A DNA stretch of 64,000 nucleotides from Conger conger. Its lineage: Eukaryota. The stretch is from NCBI RefSeq assembly GCF_963514075.1, contig NC_083776.1:18886415-18950414 (forward strand), written 5' to 3'. Positions 1-12,871 of the stretch are shown here, piece after piece. Numbering within the stretch: the first letter of the stretch is position 1; every line of letters begins with the position of its first letter. The translations under genes and the position numbers were made by a program. The notes under the pieces were generated by a model that saw only the letters and a list, made by a program, of their open reading frames with translations, was not told the origin of the DNA and ran no database searches.

Positions 1-16
1 GGACTCTCTGGACCTG

Positions 17-180
17 TTGGAGCACACCGACAGGACTAAAGAACTGACCCCTGCAGGACTCGGGCACACCCACAGGACTAAAGAGCTGACCCCTGCAGGA
101 CTTGGGCACACTGACAGGACTAAAGAGCTGACCCCTGCAGGTTGGTGTACATCCAGAGGCCTCTGCAGCGTGCATGCCTG
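17..180. repeat. Tandem repeat, ~42 bp unit x ~3.8 (gacaggactaaagaRctgacccctgcaggactYgggcacacYSa).
   Basis: Direct reading. The ORF track translation shows the periodic peptide TDRTKELTPAGLGH. Confidence 0.8.
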
Positions 181-682
181 CCCCACACACTGTACCGTAT
201 ATACTACAGTATAAATTTGCCAAAGTGTAAAATAGCATGGTGCCTTCCTATCCTGGGTATGGAGATCGACAGTTTTCGAAATCCGTGGGTCCCAAAGTTT
301 TTCTCACTGTGGACTAGCAATTACAAGTCACAAAATTCTCAGGGCCTGCCAAACATTGTAAGTCGACTATATCATGCATTTCACCAAGACTAATTGCCGG
401 GGACTGGTGGCCATGTCGTTTGGGGACAATGGTTCTAGATGATGAATAAAACGTTTGTTTATATAGTAACCAAGTGCAGAATGGAATACTATTCAAATTG
501 CATCATGTTTATAGGGGTTATTGTCCCAGGTGAGATGCTGTATTACCCATGAACAGAAGCTTCTGTTACTTCAGTAAGGAGATGGGAGTAACAGAAGTAA
601 AATGGAAACGGAAACTTAAATCTGTCGATCAGGATGACCACCCGCAATGTAGCCTAATGTAATGATTATGTGTGTTGAACAG

Positions 683-805
683 ACAAGGGCCAAACTTCTC
701 TGAACATTGGGGTAGATCTCAAACTGGACTGGATGACCCTGGAGGACTTCCAGAAACACCTCAACGGAGACGATGAGATTCGTTCGGCCATAGGCTTATC
801 TCCAA
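683..805 (+). CDS. Ankyrin-repeat gene, coding exon A (...KGQTSLNIGVDLKLDWMTLEDFQKHLNGDDEIRSAIGLSP). The 5' border is uncertain; an alternative acceptor lies at 716.
   Basis: Open frame with acceptor tgtgttgaacag| and donor CCAA|gtgagt. Phase is compatible with the next exon. Confidence 0.4.
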
Positions 806-956
806 GTGAGTTTCCTTCTACTCAACAGAATACAGACACTTGCTACAGAATGAAAGACTGAGTGACCACACCTAAATTGACATATCTGTCTCTGTCTCTC
901 CCCCTCTCTATTTTACTCACTCACTCACTCACTCACCCACCCACCGTTTCATCCAG

Positions 957-1045
957 GTGAACTCCGGGATGCAGTCAAAGGCGGAGACTACCTGGCAGTA
1001 AAGCTGGCCCTTGGTTCTAAAGATGACTACAATCTGGACCAGGAG
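957..1045 (+). CDS. Ankyrin-repeat gene, exon B (SELRDAVKGGDYLAVKLALGSKDDYNLDQE).
   Basis: Acceptor tcatccag|GT and donor CAGGAG|gtaaaa. Length 89 nt (2 + 29 codons), joins the A/C frame. Confidence 0.5.
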
Positions 1046-1505
1046 GTAAAATCCCAGAAACCCAGCTGTATGGGGTGCATGGCTACAATGGGTTATGTGA
1101 GAGAGATGGAGGCTAGACACAAGCTGCTTACTGTTGCCAATTTAACTGACCATCCGTAGGACTGCATGATTCATTGAATCTTTTAATGCGTAATAAGAAA
1201 AACCGCCATGGTGTAGGTCATCTTTCGTCTTTTTTTCCTTTAGTCATACATGATGCGTTTGTAAATAACCAAACGTCAGAGGTCATGCGGAATGCTTCAC
1301 CAATGATGTCCGTCGGGTGTTGATAAGACTGCCAATCGGCAGCAAGGACGTACAGCTTGTGTCGTTGTGATTTGCTTTTTCAGTCAAGGTGGAAGCTGAA
1401 AGGCCTTTATTGGCAGCAGTAGATATAAGTGACAAAGTTTAGCCCTGTGTCTGTGTATGGAGCGGAGACGCCCACACACCGATGTGACGGGTGCGCCCTC
1501 TGCAG

Positions 1506-1646
1506 GACTCGAGCGGGATGTCTTTGACCATGCTGGCTGCAGCGGGCGGGCGGGACGACATGCTGCGGCTGCTGATCAGGAAGGGCGTGAGGGTGAACGG
1601 CAGGCAGAAGAACGGCACCACCGCACTCATGCACGCGGCCGAGAAG
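1506..1646 (+). CDS. Ankyrin-repeat gene, exon C (DSSGMSLTMLAAAGGRDDMLRLLIRKGVRVNGRQKNGTTALMHAAEK), an ANK repeat.
   Basis: Anchored to ORF track 1491..1751. Acceptor ctctgcag| and donor GAGAAG|gtacca. 141 nt, phase 0 to 0. Confidence 0.7.
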
Positions 1647-1655
1647 GTACCACAG

Positions 1656-1656
1656 C

Positions 1657-1702
<46 letters not shown>

Positions 1703-1752
1703 TGTGTGTCTGTGTGTCTTTCTGTCTGTCTGTGTGTCTGTGTGTGTGTGAG
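1656..1752. repeat. (GT)n microsatellite followed by (GTCT/GTGT) degenerate repeat, in the intron.
   Basis: Direct reading. Confidence 0.9.
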
Positions 1753-1871
1753 AGATGCTTTTCCTCTCAAGCCTGTTGAGTGAGTGAGTGCGTGCGTACT
1801 TGCTCTCCGTCCTCTCAGTTATCCTGTGTGCTCGAGAGCAGGCTCTAACTGTGCGATCCTGTGTGCGGCAG

Positions 1872-1958
1872 AACTTCCTGTCCACCGTGGCCATTCTCCT
1901 GGAGGCCGGGGCCTACATCAATGCGCAGACACTGGTGGGTGAGACGGCCCTCATGAAG
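1872..1958 (+). CDS. Ankyrin-repeat gene, exon D (NFLSTVAILLEAGAYINAQTLVGETALMK).
   Basis: Anchored to ORF 1788..2000. Acceptor gtgcggcag| and donor ATGAAG|gtgagg. 87 nt. Confidence 0.7.
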
Positions 1959-2475
1959 GTGAGGAGGATCATAGCATGCGTCTCATTTCAGCACTTTTGA
2001 TAAGAGCCTGAAGGCACTGGGCTTGGAAGAAAAAAAAATTGGGGGGGAAAGAAAGAAAAAAAAAAAAAAATGGGGGGGGAACGGGACAAAACCTAAATCG
2101 GGAGCGAGACAAAACTACCCGATGGGAAGAAATCTTGTGAGGAACCATGATGTAAAAAAGGGATACTCAATCTCATCCAGAAAGGGCTGGTGTGGGTGCA
2201 GGTCTTTATTCCAACCAAGCAGTTAAACACCTGATTCTACGAATCAAGGTCCGGAGCAAAGAGTCTATGGTTCATTATTAGAATTAAGAGTGTGTAACTG
2301 CCCGGGTGGAACAAAAGCCTTCAGCCACACCAGCCCTTTCTGGGACAGACTTGAGTATCCCTGGTGCAGAATAAAGGTAGAAGGCCTTCTCTGAGAACTC
2401 GCCTACCTTCCGTATGCATCCTGCTCGAGGGCTGACGTCATCAAGCTGTTCCCATAATGCTGGCTGTGTTTCCAG

Positions 2476-2630
2476 GCATGTAAGAGGGGGAATGCAGACG
2501 TGGTGCGCCTCCTACTGGAGCAAGGGGCCGACTGCAACATCCTGTCCAAGCACCAGAACAATGCCCTGAATTTCGCCAAGCTCAGCAACAACATGATCGT
2601 CTACGACCACGTGAAGGACCACATGACCCT
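2476..2630 (+). CDS. Ankyrin-repeat gene, exon E (ACKRGNADVVRLLLEQGADCNILSKHQNNALNFAKLSNNMIVYDHVKDHMTL).
   Basis: Acceptor tgtttccag| and donor ACCCT|gtgagt. Canonical ANK consensus (GNADVVRLLLEQGAD). Confidence 0.7.
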
Positions 2631-3106
2631 GTGAGTCCATGACAACGTACCTGCGACCCTGCACACGCGCTGCTGCCTTACCATAAAGTTTACTCCCCTC
2701 CAGGGTTTATAACGGAATCCGTACCCGTGGTAACCTTGGATATAGTAGTCTCTGATTGGGTGTCCTGGCCTCTGTTGCTTTGTGATGCAATAGCCAAGGC
2801 TAAGTTACCTTCGCGAACTGAACGTTGACCAGTAATGATTCATTTCATACATTCATCTCGATGATCTCATTGGAGGACACCTAACTGACACTGGATGTTA
2901 AAAGAGCAAGTGGCACAAAATCGGGAAGCGATTTGGGAGGCGTTTAATTTATACTGGAATGACTACATTCCTCAATGTGAAATTTCTCCCAGCTAACGTG
3001 AAATGCTTACTTAAATGTTCTGCAGAAGTATAGACTTTTGTGATCCCAGGCCTGTTGCTCAGTACTGTGTGTTGTCTGACCCTGACCCCTCCCTGTCCAC
3101 ACACAG

Positions 3107-3264
3107 GCTCTCCAGCGTGGCAGAGGAGACGATCAGGGCATACTTTGAGACCCGGCTGGCCCTACTGGAACCCGTTTTCCCCCTGGCCTGCCATCGACTC
3201 TGCGAGGGACCTGACTTTTCCCTGGAGTTCAGCTACAAACCGCCCCCACACAGTCCTGTGGAGG
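3107..3264 (+). CDS. Ankyrin-repeat gene, exon F (LLSSVAEETIRAYFETRLALLEPVFPLACHRLCEGPDFSLEFSYKPPPHSPVE).
   Basis: Anchored to ORF 3015..3305. Acceptor ccacacacag| and donor GAGG|gtatga. Phases check (158 nt). Confidence 0.6.
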
Positions 3265-3628
3265 GTATGAGAGCTCTCAAAACGCACGCACCCACGCATT
3301 CTTGATGTCCTGTTTGACAATTATGTCAGGCTAATTCTGAAGTAATTTCAAGCACTCATTAGTGCCACTGCTAGCACAGAGCTAAGATTTTTTTGTTTGT
3401 TTTGTACCCTATAGTGATATAATATAATTCAGTCATTGGTAAAGCTTACTGCAGCGTTGCAGTAATAGAACCGCACGGTGTGGAGCTAGCACATTGTGCA
3501 TATACAGACTGAGACTGGGCATATTTTGCCAGTTAATGACTGATATTCACACAAGAATATGATTACCTTCTGTGAGAGCGATTTCATCCGGAGATGGATA
3601 CTGAACGTCGTCTCTCTCTCTTTGTCAG

Positions 3629-3753
3629 GGTCAGGGATTCTCCTCTTTGTCTTCCACGCCAACTTCCTGAGTGAGATCACGGCAAGGCTGTGTGGGCCCT
3701 GCAGCGTCCATGCGGTGGTCCTCAACGACAAGTTCCAGCTGCCCATCTTCCTG
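3629..3753 (+). CDS. Ankyrin-repeat gene, exon G (GSGILLFVFHANFLSEITARLCGPCSVHAVVLNDKFQLPIFL).
   Basis: Anchored to ORF 3559..3927. Acceptor ctctttgtcag| and donor TTCCTG|gtacgc. 125 nt. Confidence 0.6.
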
Positions 3754-4009
3754 GTACGCTACACGCTGGGGCTCAAACCACTCATTTATGTTCCTCAAAT
3801 CAGTCATGAAGGGCAGAGAAATGCTGGGTTTCCACCCTCCCTTCCTTTACCTGGTAGCCAGTCTGGCCAACCAGTAGCACTAAGTGTTCAGTCAATTATT
3901 GCTACTGAAAAGAAAACCAGGGCCTGATTTGGGTAGCCATGTGATTTGTGAAGACACTTCTGCCCTGTTTTTACTGTAGTGTGTTCCCCCCCCCCCCCCC
4001 CCGACACAG

Positions 4010-4093
4010 GACAGCCACTTCATCTACTCCTTCAGCCCTGTGCCAGGAACCAATAAGCTCTTCATACGGCTGGCAGAGTCCCCCACTGCCAAG
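4010..4093 (+). CDS. Ankyrin-repeat gene, exon H (DSHFIYSFSPVPGTNKLFIRLAESPTAK). It is preceded by a C18 homopolymer pyrimidine tract.
   Basis: Acceptor c(18)gacacag| and donor GCCAAG|gtgaga. 84 nt, phase 0. Confidence 0.55.
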
Positions 4094-4474
4094 GTGAGAG
4101 AGGGGGCGGGGCTGAACGCTGGCAGGCTATTGGTCGGTTTGTTCAAACCGGAATGCTTTGCAGGAGCTGCCCTTGAATCCGTCATACAATCATGTGACAT
4201 GATGGCCTTTAAGGTGTAGGCTTACACAATCACTACTGGTTCTCGAACACTTGGCAAAAAAACATTTTAAAAAAACCCGCCAAAAAAAACCTACTCATTG
4301 GCTTTGTTATGGATGGAAGAATTATTCAGTGGAGGACGTACACTGCTATTGTTTTAAATCGAGTATGTAACGGGCTGACCTGGCCACCCAGAGTTTAATG
4401 CTGTGTGACGACAGCTTGTCTTTAATTCTCTTTAGACTTTGCATTTTTTTAATTAATCCAATCTATGTCTGCAG

Positions 4475-4516
4475 GTCAAGTTGCTGATCTGTGCGTACAG
4501 AGTACAGGTACAGTGA
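4475..4516 (+). CDS. Putative terminal coding exon of the ankyrin-repeat gene (VKLLICAYRVQVQ*).
   Basis: Acceptor atctatgtctgcag| lies in frame with exon H and reaches a stop after 13 codons. There is no homology support. Confidence 0.3.
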   Translation, partial: VKLLICAYRVQVQ

Positions 4517-7500
4517 TGTGCAGCCCTCTGGGTCAAAGGTTACGGTTGAGCCCTGCCCAATCGCAAGGGTGCGCCAATAACCAGAAATGCGGCACAGCCC
4601 ACACCTTCCGGGAGGAGTTCTGCCAAAGAGGATACGCGAGTCGCAGGGGCCACGCCTGTTTTCCCAGGACTCCAGCCCCGGGCCGGGGACAGCGGACACG
4701 TGCAAGGGCTCCAAAAGGGTGCAGCAGACACTGCCTGTGTTTTAACGCCCTTTGGGCCTGTGGCTAGTTGTTCAAAGCTGACAGACCTATTGCGTGCTTT
4801 GTTGGGAGCTGCCTTCACTGAGAGCCATGAAAGGAAGACATTCCCTTTGCTCCTGTGATCTTATCCGCACAAGTACAGGAGCGGGAAATGCTGTAAAAGA
4901 AGCCATTGTTTTTGTTTTTTTGGTGGGATGGGGATGTGTGGTGACAGTTGAAGATGGCGGTACAGTTCAAACTGGGCATTTTTTCGTGGGTACTGAAGTT
5001 TTGTCTTTTAATGATTATTTATTACCTCAGAGTTGCCGGCTCTTTTCACATGTTCTCTCTGGTCTGAGAGGCAGGCTGCGTAGAGGCCAGAGTGTGCACA
5101 CAACAGGCCAGGGTTTTGCTCCATGCGCCCAAAACTCACTTTTGCTTGTTTTATTGCCGTTTGGTCCGTTTTTTGTTTTTTTTGCTAAAGATAAGCAGCT
5201 ACACTGCGAACAAGCGTTTTAGTCTTGTAATAAGACTCAAGACCTTAAGTTATTCTCTCGTTTAGAAAATAATGAGCTTGTTTTAAGTTACACTTAAGAC
5301 TAAAATACTTGTTTTTTTGCAGTGTCTGCAGAATGGGAAAAGGGGTTCAGTCCATTTTGTCGCCGTGAGGATGAGAGAAAATATTGTGTGCTGTACAGCA
5401 AAGGCGTTTGACTGCTGGCAAAGTGGCCATCAGAACCCTGTTAATGTATTCACCAATCTGGTGATCGAAATCAGATTTTGATGAGCGTTTGTTGCCAATG
5501 GCAAGCATTTCAAAACCAAATCAAGGCCATATCTCCTGGGTCATCAGTAATCAGTTCCTACTGTTTATGATACTTTTTATTTTTTCACAACCATGACACT
5601 TGGCCCAGATTTAACATTGATTTGCAGCCATGTTTTAAAGAAAAAGGCTTCTGACAATTGCTATATGGTTGTGCACTAGCAGGCAGCACTGACCTGAGTA
5701 CAGATGAGCATTGATTTATAAAAATATATTTGTGTAAAGGAATGCACCCACAGGTTCCCATTTACCATTGTCTACACAATGGATACACTGGCACTTTGCT
5801 TAGGGGTCCACCATTTCCTTTTCTGTTTAAGCTGTATATACTGTACCTTTTCATGACATTTCTTTTTATCCATGTAAACAAAAACATGTTTTACAGTTCA
5901 GTTCAGTTAAATATACATTAAAGCCATTACCAACCATCCAGTGAATGTTGTATGCAGGACTGAAAGTGGATTTCCTCCCAACACAAGAAAAGGCTAAAAT
6001 AATTTACACCAAGCTTCCTTCACGTCAGCCAACTCATTCCCATAATAAAGCACCACACCAACCAAGCATCAGACATAGTTTTTGGGGAATTGTTTAATTT
6101 TTAGTGAAGGTGGAGTACAGTATGTAAGATGGTCTGTTCTTTGTTAAAAGGGGGAGGGGCGGCGCTTACCTGCTTGTGTTCTGCGTGACGATTGGGAGGA
6201 GAGGGGGGGTTCATGTGCTGTGTTTTGCACTATAATGCCCAGTTACTTTCTACAAAGCCACGGGGCAGCCTTTTGTACATCCGTCTCGTCTCTGCCATCC
6301 TACATTTTATTCCAACACTAGGAGCCCAAGACATACGACTGGGCAAAAAGCCAGTGTGTCTGGTGCATTGTGTGCGGTCGAACAGGAACACAATGAAATT
6401 GAGGACGGACGGACGGATGAATAAGGAGCAGGCTGAGCAGAAGCACTAAGGGGTAAACCTATATTTACAGTGTAATTCCATCATGTTGGTGTCGTTTACC
6501 TCTCAGTGCCTGAACTGAACTCCACGGCTCTGCATCCCAGGGGGCCGGGGGCCGGGAGACTGGGAAGGGGGCAGTTCTGAAGGACATCACCCAAGTGCGG
6601 TTTGAAAAGCCTGATGTTTAACCCTTTCAGTCCCAAGAGTGCCATATGGCACCCAAGCATACCTACCGTAAAAACCCAACACTGAAAATTACATTTCTAG
6701 GGAGGCATGTACTTTTCGGTTTAAAAAATTGCTGGAACGATTAACTGCAAAGAGTGCAAGCTCTGTGCGTGGAAGCTGATGTCTGGGTCCTCACCACTTG
6801 TCTGAAGCAAGACTGGTAACCTCTCCATTGTCCTCATCATCCCAGGGAACACCTGTAAAAACAAAGTGCATGCTAAACCATGGAGCCAATGTCCGGCCTC
6901 GTACACCACACATGAGCAAAGTGAATGCTGAGAACCAACTGCAACAAGGAGAAAGAAACCGAGAAACCAAATAAATCCCACACCCTGTGGAGTCAATGAA
7001 GGGTTAGCCACAGGAATAATCCCAGAACACCTGGTTTACATCAAGTGGTCAAACTATATACACCTGTAAATTGTCACACACAGGGCCAAACTGATTTCCA
7101 GTATACCAGCAGTAAAATAAATGGATAAAATGCATCTAAGTTCACATGAAGCAATGGGGTATAAGGGTATGAAAGAATGAAAGAAAACTGTCGGAAGTGG
7201 GAGAGCCAGAGAGGAGAAGCTAAAGAACTGCACATACACATGTATTTGTGTTTGAAATCTGTTTAAGAGGCCATGTCCGTCAAGGTTCAGCGGGCAGCTA
7301 CATCAGTGACGTCTTACTAGACAACACTGCAAATTCTTCATGAGGACGCCCTGTCATTTAAAGGCATATTATGCAGAATTTCTTTTTGCCTTGCTGTGGT
7401 CCTGCATTTACAATAAAATAATCTCCTCTGTCCTGAACCCTACCCCCTTACCTTTTTTTAATGTATTTCTTTTTTACCTTTCAAATCAGTTTTAACGTTT

Positions 7501-8212
7501 ATATCTTTCTCTGTTTTTTGATAGCCTCCACCAGAACGGAAAAGCAATGAAAGGTTTTGACCAAGGCCTGTCGTTCTGCTTTGATGTACTCTTGGCTTCT
7601 TCACTTCATTACAGTAACTAACTAAAAACACGACTGCGGAAACCTACTCCCACCCCACAGGGCCTGTAGCCGCACTGACCCCCAACACATTTCACAATAA
7701 CAAATGCTGGTAAAGGAGCGTGAATTTGGCGAAGGTGTGCCAGTGCATCGTAGACACGCCTCAGCGTGTTTATTTAATATTTTCAAGGTAAAAATCCTGC
7801 ATAGTATGCATTTAACTGCTCAACACTATGATATGAAGAGGGTCTTTGGAAAGTGTACTCATGTTGATTTATTAATCACATCCAGCTCACATTATGCCAT
7901 GCAGTGCACAACTTCTCACCAAGAAACAAATCTTAAGACTGGAGAAAATGATATAGGGAAGATATGAAAGTCAGTATATGCCTAAGCATGTTCTGAAACT
8001 GAGCTGAATCTGCATAAATCCAATCCCAGAAATAAGCCAAAGCAGGGAGCCCTGCCATCACAGAATCTCACATGTAGAATTCACACTGAACAGATGTGGC
8101 AGCAACCAATGAGTTATGCATAAATTTCTGTTGAAAATTTAATGTAGCTATTCTAGGAAATGTCACTACCCAGGATGTTGAGTTTAATGACGTCAGTGTT
8201 GGAGCAGTTTCC

Positions 8213-8388
8213 ACCCTTTCAATCCCAGGAGTGCCATATGGCACTCTCGCCCTGATACCTTTTCAACCAATCAAAATGACTGATATATTATAGTTGAAAT
8301 TGAAATTTCTCAACTTTCTCAATTTTCTCAACCAAAGGTGTGATTTGATTGGAGCCAATTCATATTGGGCTTGGGACTGAAAAGGGTA
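8213..8388. mobile_element. MITE-like non-autonomous DNA transposon with termini ACCCTTTCAATCCCAGGAGTGCCATATGGCACTC ... TTGGGACTGAAAAGGGT.
   Basis: Terminal inverted repeats are read directly. Related copies and partial copies sit at 58667-58842, about 6627-6665 and about 35028-35130. Confidence 0.6.
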
Positions 8389-11300
8389 AATTGTGCGATC
8401 AAATTCGGGATTAGAATGTTCAGAATTCAACATTCAGGTTTATTACGGGTTTCGGAATTTTCAACTTCAGCAACTTATTTAATTAGCTCAATCATGTCCA
8501 AATCTGATGTGTATAAGCACCAGCTAGTCACAGACTGCAGCTGAATCCTAAAGATTGTACTGTGCTGGAGTACAGGAGTGAACCAGTATAGTTTATAGAG
8601 CGGCGAGAACTAAAATTAAGGTAAAACCTACTCTTCAAATGGTTACAGTATGCGTCAGTATACAGCATCCTTTGTACCAGCTTTTCATTTGTTTCAGCTG
8701 TATTTTACTATAAAATGTATAAATTCACATTAAAATTGCAGCCTTGGTTTCCCTCATTATTAATATTTTACTCAACTTTACACATCTATTGACTGGAGAC
8801 AGCCATTTTCTGGCACAACGTACTCTTTATTCACAAAATGAATTAACTCTGAATTAATAATAAATATGAGAAAAAGTCCCTGCAGTGTCTTTTACCACAA
8901 ATTGTAAATGAATGACATGAAACTCAATGTGCAATATAGTAGGGCATCCTGAAAGTAGCATTTCCAGCCTCTTCAGGAGTATGCAGCCCCCAATTACATA
9001 TGGACTTAAAAATTACTGTAATGAGCTGCACAGCAATATACAGAAATCATTGTTCATGTTGGCTATTACACAGAACATAGTAGATAGTACTGCTTCGCAG
9101 AATACAGCCTTTTGTAGCATACTACACAGACACATGTAATTATATAAAATGCCTAATTTAAAGTATTACCATGTTATTTAAATGTTTTAATGAACAATAT
9201 GTTGACACCTGAAGGAGTACAGACAGTATCATAGACGTGCTGCATCCAAAGGCTGACTTTAGAAATCTAAAAGAGGCACAGGTGCTTTAAAAATTCAGCA
9301 AATTTTACTCAATCCCAGGATCAGCCTTACTCGGAAGATACACACGGTAACTGTAAACACAGATTCTTAAGATACCCATTGCTAGTTTCTTTACATTTAA
9401 AAAGGTATAAAAATGTTTACCTTCCATCCAATGCGTTTTGTTGTGGAGAAGAATTAACCTTCAGTAGAGATTCCCTGCTGTACAGAATACCAGGATGAAA
9501 TTTACAAGTGGATTGAAGTTGATCAGGGATTCCATGGGGAATCATGTCTGGCAGTAAGATATCTGGAAATATGTTGCACCAAAGGAACAGAACTAACGCA
9601 TCAAAAATGGCATAAAAGCAGGTTTGGCTGGTAAGTATGAAATAGTATGAAGTAGTAAGGGTGAAACGTTTTCAGAACTTAAACAGCACAGAACAGAAAT
9701 GTTATTATTGACACATATTCTTTTGCACTGCTCAGGAAAAGAAATGCAAGCTTTTATGTTCCATCACGGTTAAAATATTCAGAAAACTTTTAAATAGTAT
9801 GAAGCCTTAATCTGTGGAAGCCAAACCAACATTAAGAGGCATTATGCATTAAGATGGACGTTCATTCCATATCTTTTTCATATCAATTTCCATATCTAGT
9901 ATGACAAATCTTATTTCTTATTGCCGATAAATCTTTCTGCTTTTTAAATACCCAAGGAACATATTTCTGCTAAAAGTAAACAGTTTAGTGTAATCTGTTC
10001 AACTGTTCATCTGTTCCGATCCTAAGAGTTAAGGAAAAGAGTCCATGAAGTGTCTCAGGAGAAAACTGTTGATAACGAACGAATGGGCAGCTTCTTAAGA
10101 GTGACATGCAGCGTCATGAAGAGTTCAGTTATCAAATCACAGACTGAACTGAATTTGAGGGACGGTTTAATTGAAGTAAACAATAACTTAAAGAATACGA
10201 TGTAGCCTGTAGACCCTTTCCACATATTTTATATTTCATTGAAACAAATTAGAATTTTACTCGCATATTAATATATAAAGTGAGCGATATACGAAATATA
10301 TATTTCATTTTTTCATACAGGTGCATTTTCAATCAATTAAAAAGCATACATTATGACAATTGTTACGCAAATTTGTGGTTTCAAATACTTATGGTAGTTC
10401 AATGCTATTTTCCATGGTGCACGGTCATTGTTAGGCTTTACCATGCATTGTTTTTTTTACACTCCCGTGCTCTTTTGATCCCATAAAACACACCATGAGC
10501 TGCAAATGGGAGAAAAGTGTTACGCAAATAACGTTTCCATCATTACGCAGGAACTGAAATGCACTCATTTTAAATAAGATGGCTGTAGGAACATATATAC
10601 GTCAAATCAGTCATGCTTATGTAGCAAGCAGCATAGGAATCAAATGCCAAGTTCCACTATACTGTTAAATCTTGAATAATGCAGAACAGTTGTGGGTTTG
10701 CCATACAACTACTATGTCCAAGCATATGCAAAATCGGAGGCATGGGACGAGGTTTAGTTTAAGGACAGTCACAAACCTTTCATCTCGTGATCCCACTGAG
10801 GAACTGTACCTCACACCCCAAAAAGAGTAACCCCTTATAGATGGGACTTCTTCAGTAGCTAGAATGTACGGTTACAAAAACAAAAAAGGACACACTTTGT
10901 TGGAATCAAAAGGCATGTAATCAGCATGTTAATAAAATACATATGTATTCAATTTCAGACATGCAAAAGACCTACAAAAGTAGATGGTGACTAGAAAGAC
11001 TGCTAAGTGGTATATAGCCCTCCTTTGGTGACACACTGGTAAAACCACTGAGGTTCAGCAGCAAGTCTGCACACAACACCAGGTGGATAAGTAAGGAACA
11101 TACAGTACAATGGCTTGACAGCCAAGAGGAGCAGTGGTACCATTCCTATGAACTCATACAAAGTGCCACTGACAATATAAGCCTACCATCAGTGTATCAC
11201 CAATACTATATGTTAGTGCAGCAGCCAGGGTTTTTTTTCTGATCTTCTTTTAAAAAACTACAATGTTTGCCAAAATACCAGTTTATAACTGGGAAACAAT

Positions 11301-12797
11301 CTCTCATAGCCGAGGTATCTGATATCACTCGACACTGTACTTATTACACTAATAACTAACTAAACCATTCACATAAACCTCAGTGGTATGAACAGATTAG
11401 CACACTTTCACGAAGTCTGAGGTCCATCACAAGTGTACAAGTGAATTTGATCAGTAAATTAAATGTATCCAATTAGCCTGTTTCATTTAAACACAAACAT
11501 TATTGCCAATCATGAATAGGCTACAAACTATTGGTCTGCTTTAGATGCACGTTTCATGTCTTTCCAATTCCTTTAAACAAAGAGGAGTCAGAATATACAC
11601 CTTTAAGGGAATAAAACAAATATATTTTTGGAAATATACCTTTCCGACTTACCCACGAGCTGTTCAATTTCTTAGACGAGATGTTCAATTTCATTTAGAG
11701 AGATGTTCAATTTAGACGAGATGTTCAATTTCATTTTCTTTTTTGTGCATTTACTGGTTCGTTTTTCACATTAGCATAACATGTTAGCATAAAGACTTGA
11801 AGCCGATAGGAGTCAGTAGCCTACGTCCTTCAAAGGGAAGAAATACACCTTAAAGCAACATCGAAGCGGAGTCGAACTGGCTACTGTCTTTATGCCAAGC
11901 CAACGGGTTATGCCAACATAGAAACAGCCAGTGAATGCACAAAAAGGAAAATTAAATCTAAAATCTAAAGTCTGGTTAAGTCAGCAAAAAGGTATATTTT
12001 CCAAAGTGTTGGTGTATTCCTTTAATTAAACCCCAATGCACAGGACAAAAACTGAGACATGGATATGTCCTATCCGAGCTGCACACCAAATGTTTTCCTT
12101 TTATGAGATGAGGAAAAACGGCAGAATTTTACTTTATTTGCAAGTATTTGGGGTTGAATTGCTTTGCATAAACACGCGCAGCATTCACAGGCGGTTCAAT
12201 TTGTTGTATTTTCATAATTTCCAGCAGTTTAGTTTGAATGAGCAAACATATAAATAATATTCGTAGCTGAACAAGGGTCTGCTAATACACACATCAGTTC
12301 CACCATAATGGGTCCAGTAGGATATCTATTAAAAATTACTGGTATAATGGGTCTATAAACAGAGGTCAAATTTTGTTCAGAACACCGTTGCAAAGATTAC
12401 TGTTGCTCCAAAGTTTAATGTGAGTTCAATATATCACTACAGAGCAATCTGACAGAAATTTAGCTGAATGTTGCTTACACCAGAGAAATTCATGAGAAAT
12501 GCACATTCGGAATAATTATACAAATATTTGGACTGACGCAAACATGGTTCTGAATATTTCTGAAATTTTCAAGAATAATACACCACAGTTATGAAAAAAT
12601 TATTATAGAACAAAAAATATAGCACAAAAGAAAAAATGTGTGTAAAGGAAATCACTACTGACTAAAATAAAATGCCTCATTATGGGCAACCAGCCATAGC
12701 CAAGCCATACTGCTCTATCAGAGAGACAGCTTGTGAGAATTAAAGGGAACAAAATGGGAAACATAGAGAATGATCAGGGATGAGTTTATAAAGAGCT

Positions 12798-12798
12798 C

Positions 12799-12870
<72 letters not shown>
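12798..12870. repeat. (CA)n microsatellite, ~36 units.
   Basis: Direct reading. Confidence 0.95.

Positions 12871-12871
<1 letters not shown>

Larger units (their letters stand above)
683..4516 (+). other. Gene model: 3' portion of an ankyrin-repeat gene, tentatively mphosph8 (MPP8)-like. Assignment is by synteny: the MPHOSPH8 -> <- PSPC1 tail-to-tail arrangement of human 13q12.11.
   Basis: Three consecutive ANK repeats sit in exons B-E. The gene converges with the pspc1 3' end. No direct sequence memory of MPP8 confirms the call. Confidence 0.4.

Noticed and set aside
4465-4818. Overlapping 83-100 aa ORFs on both strands in a GC-rich patch just 3' of the ankyrin gene.
   Set aside because: No splice context or homology. 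This is most likely 3'-UTR or intergenic GC-rich sequence. Only the in-phase 14-codon continuation from exon H is reported, at low confidence.
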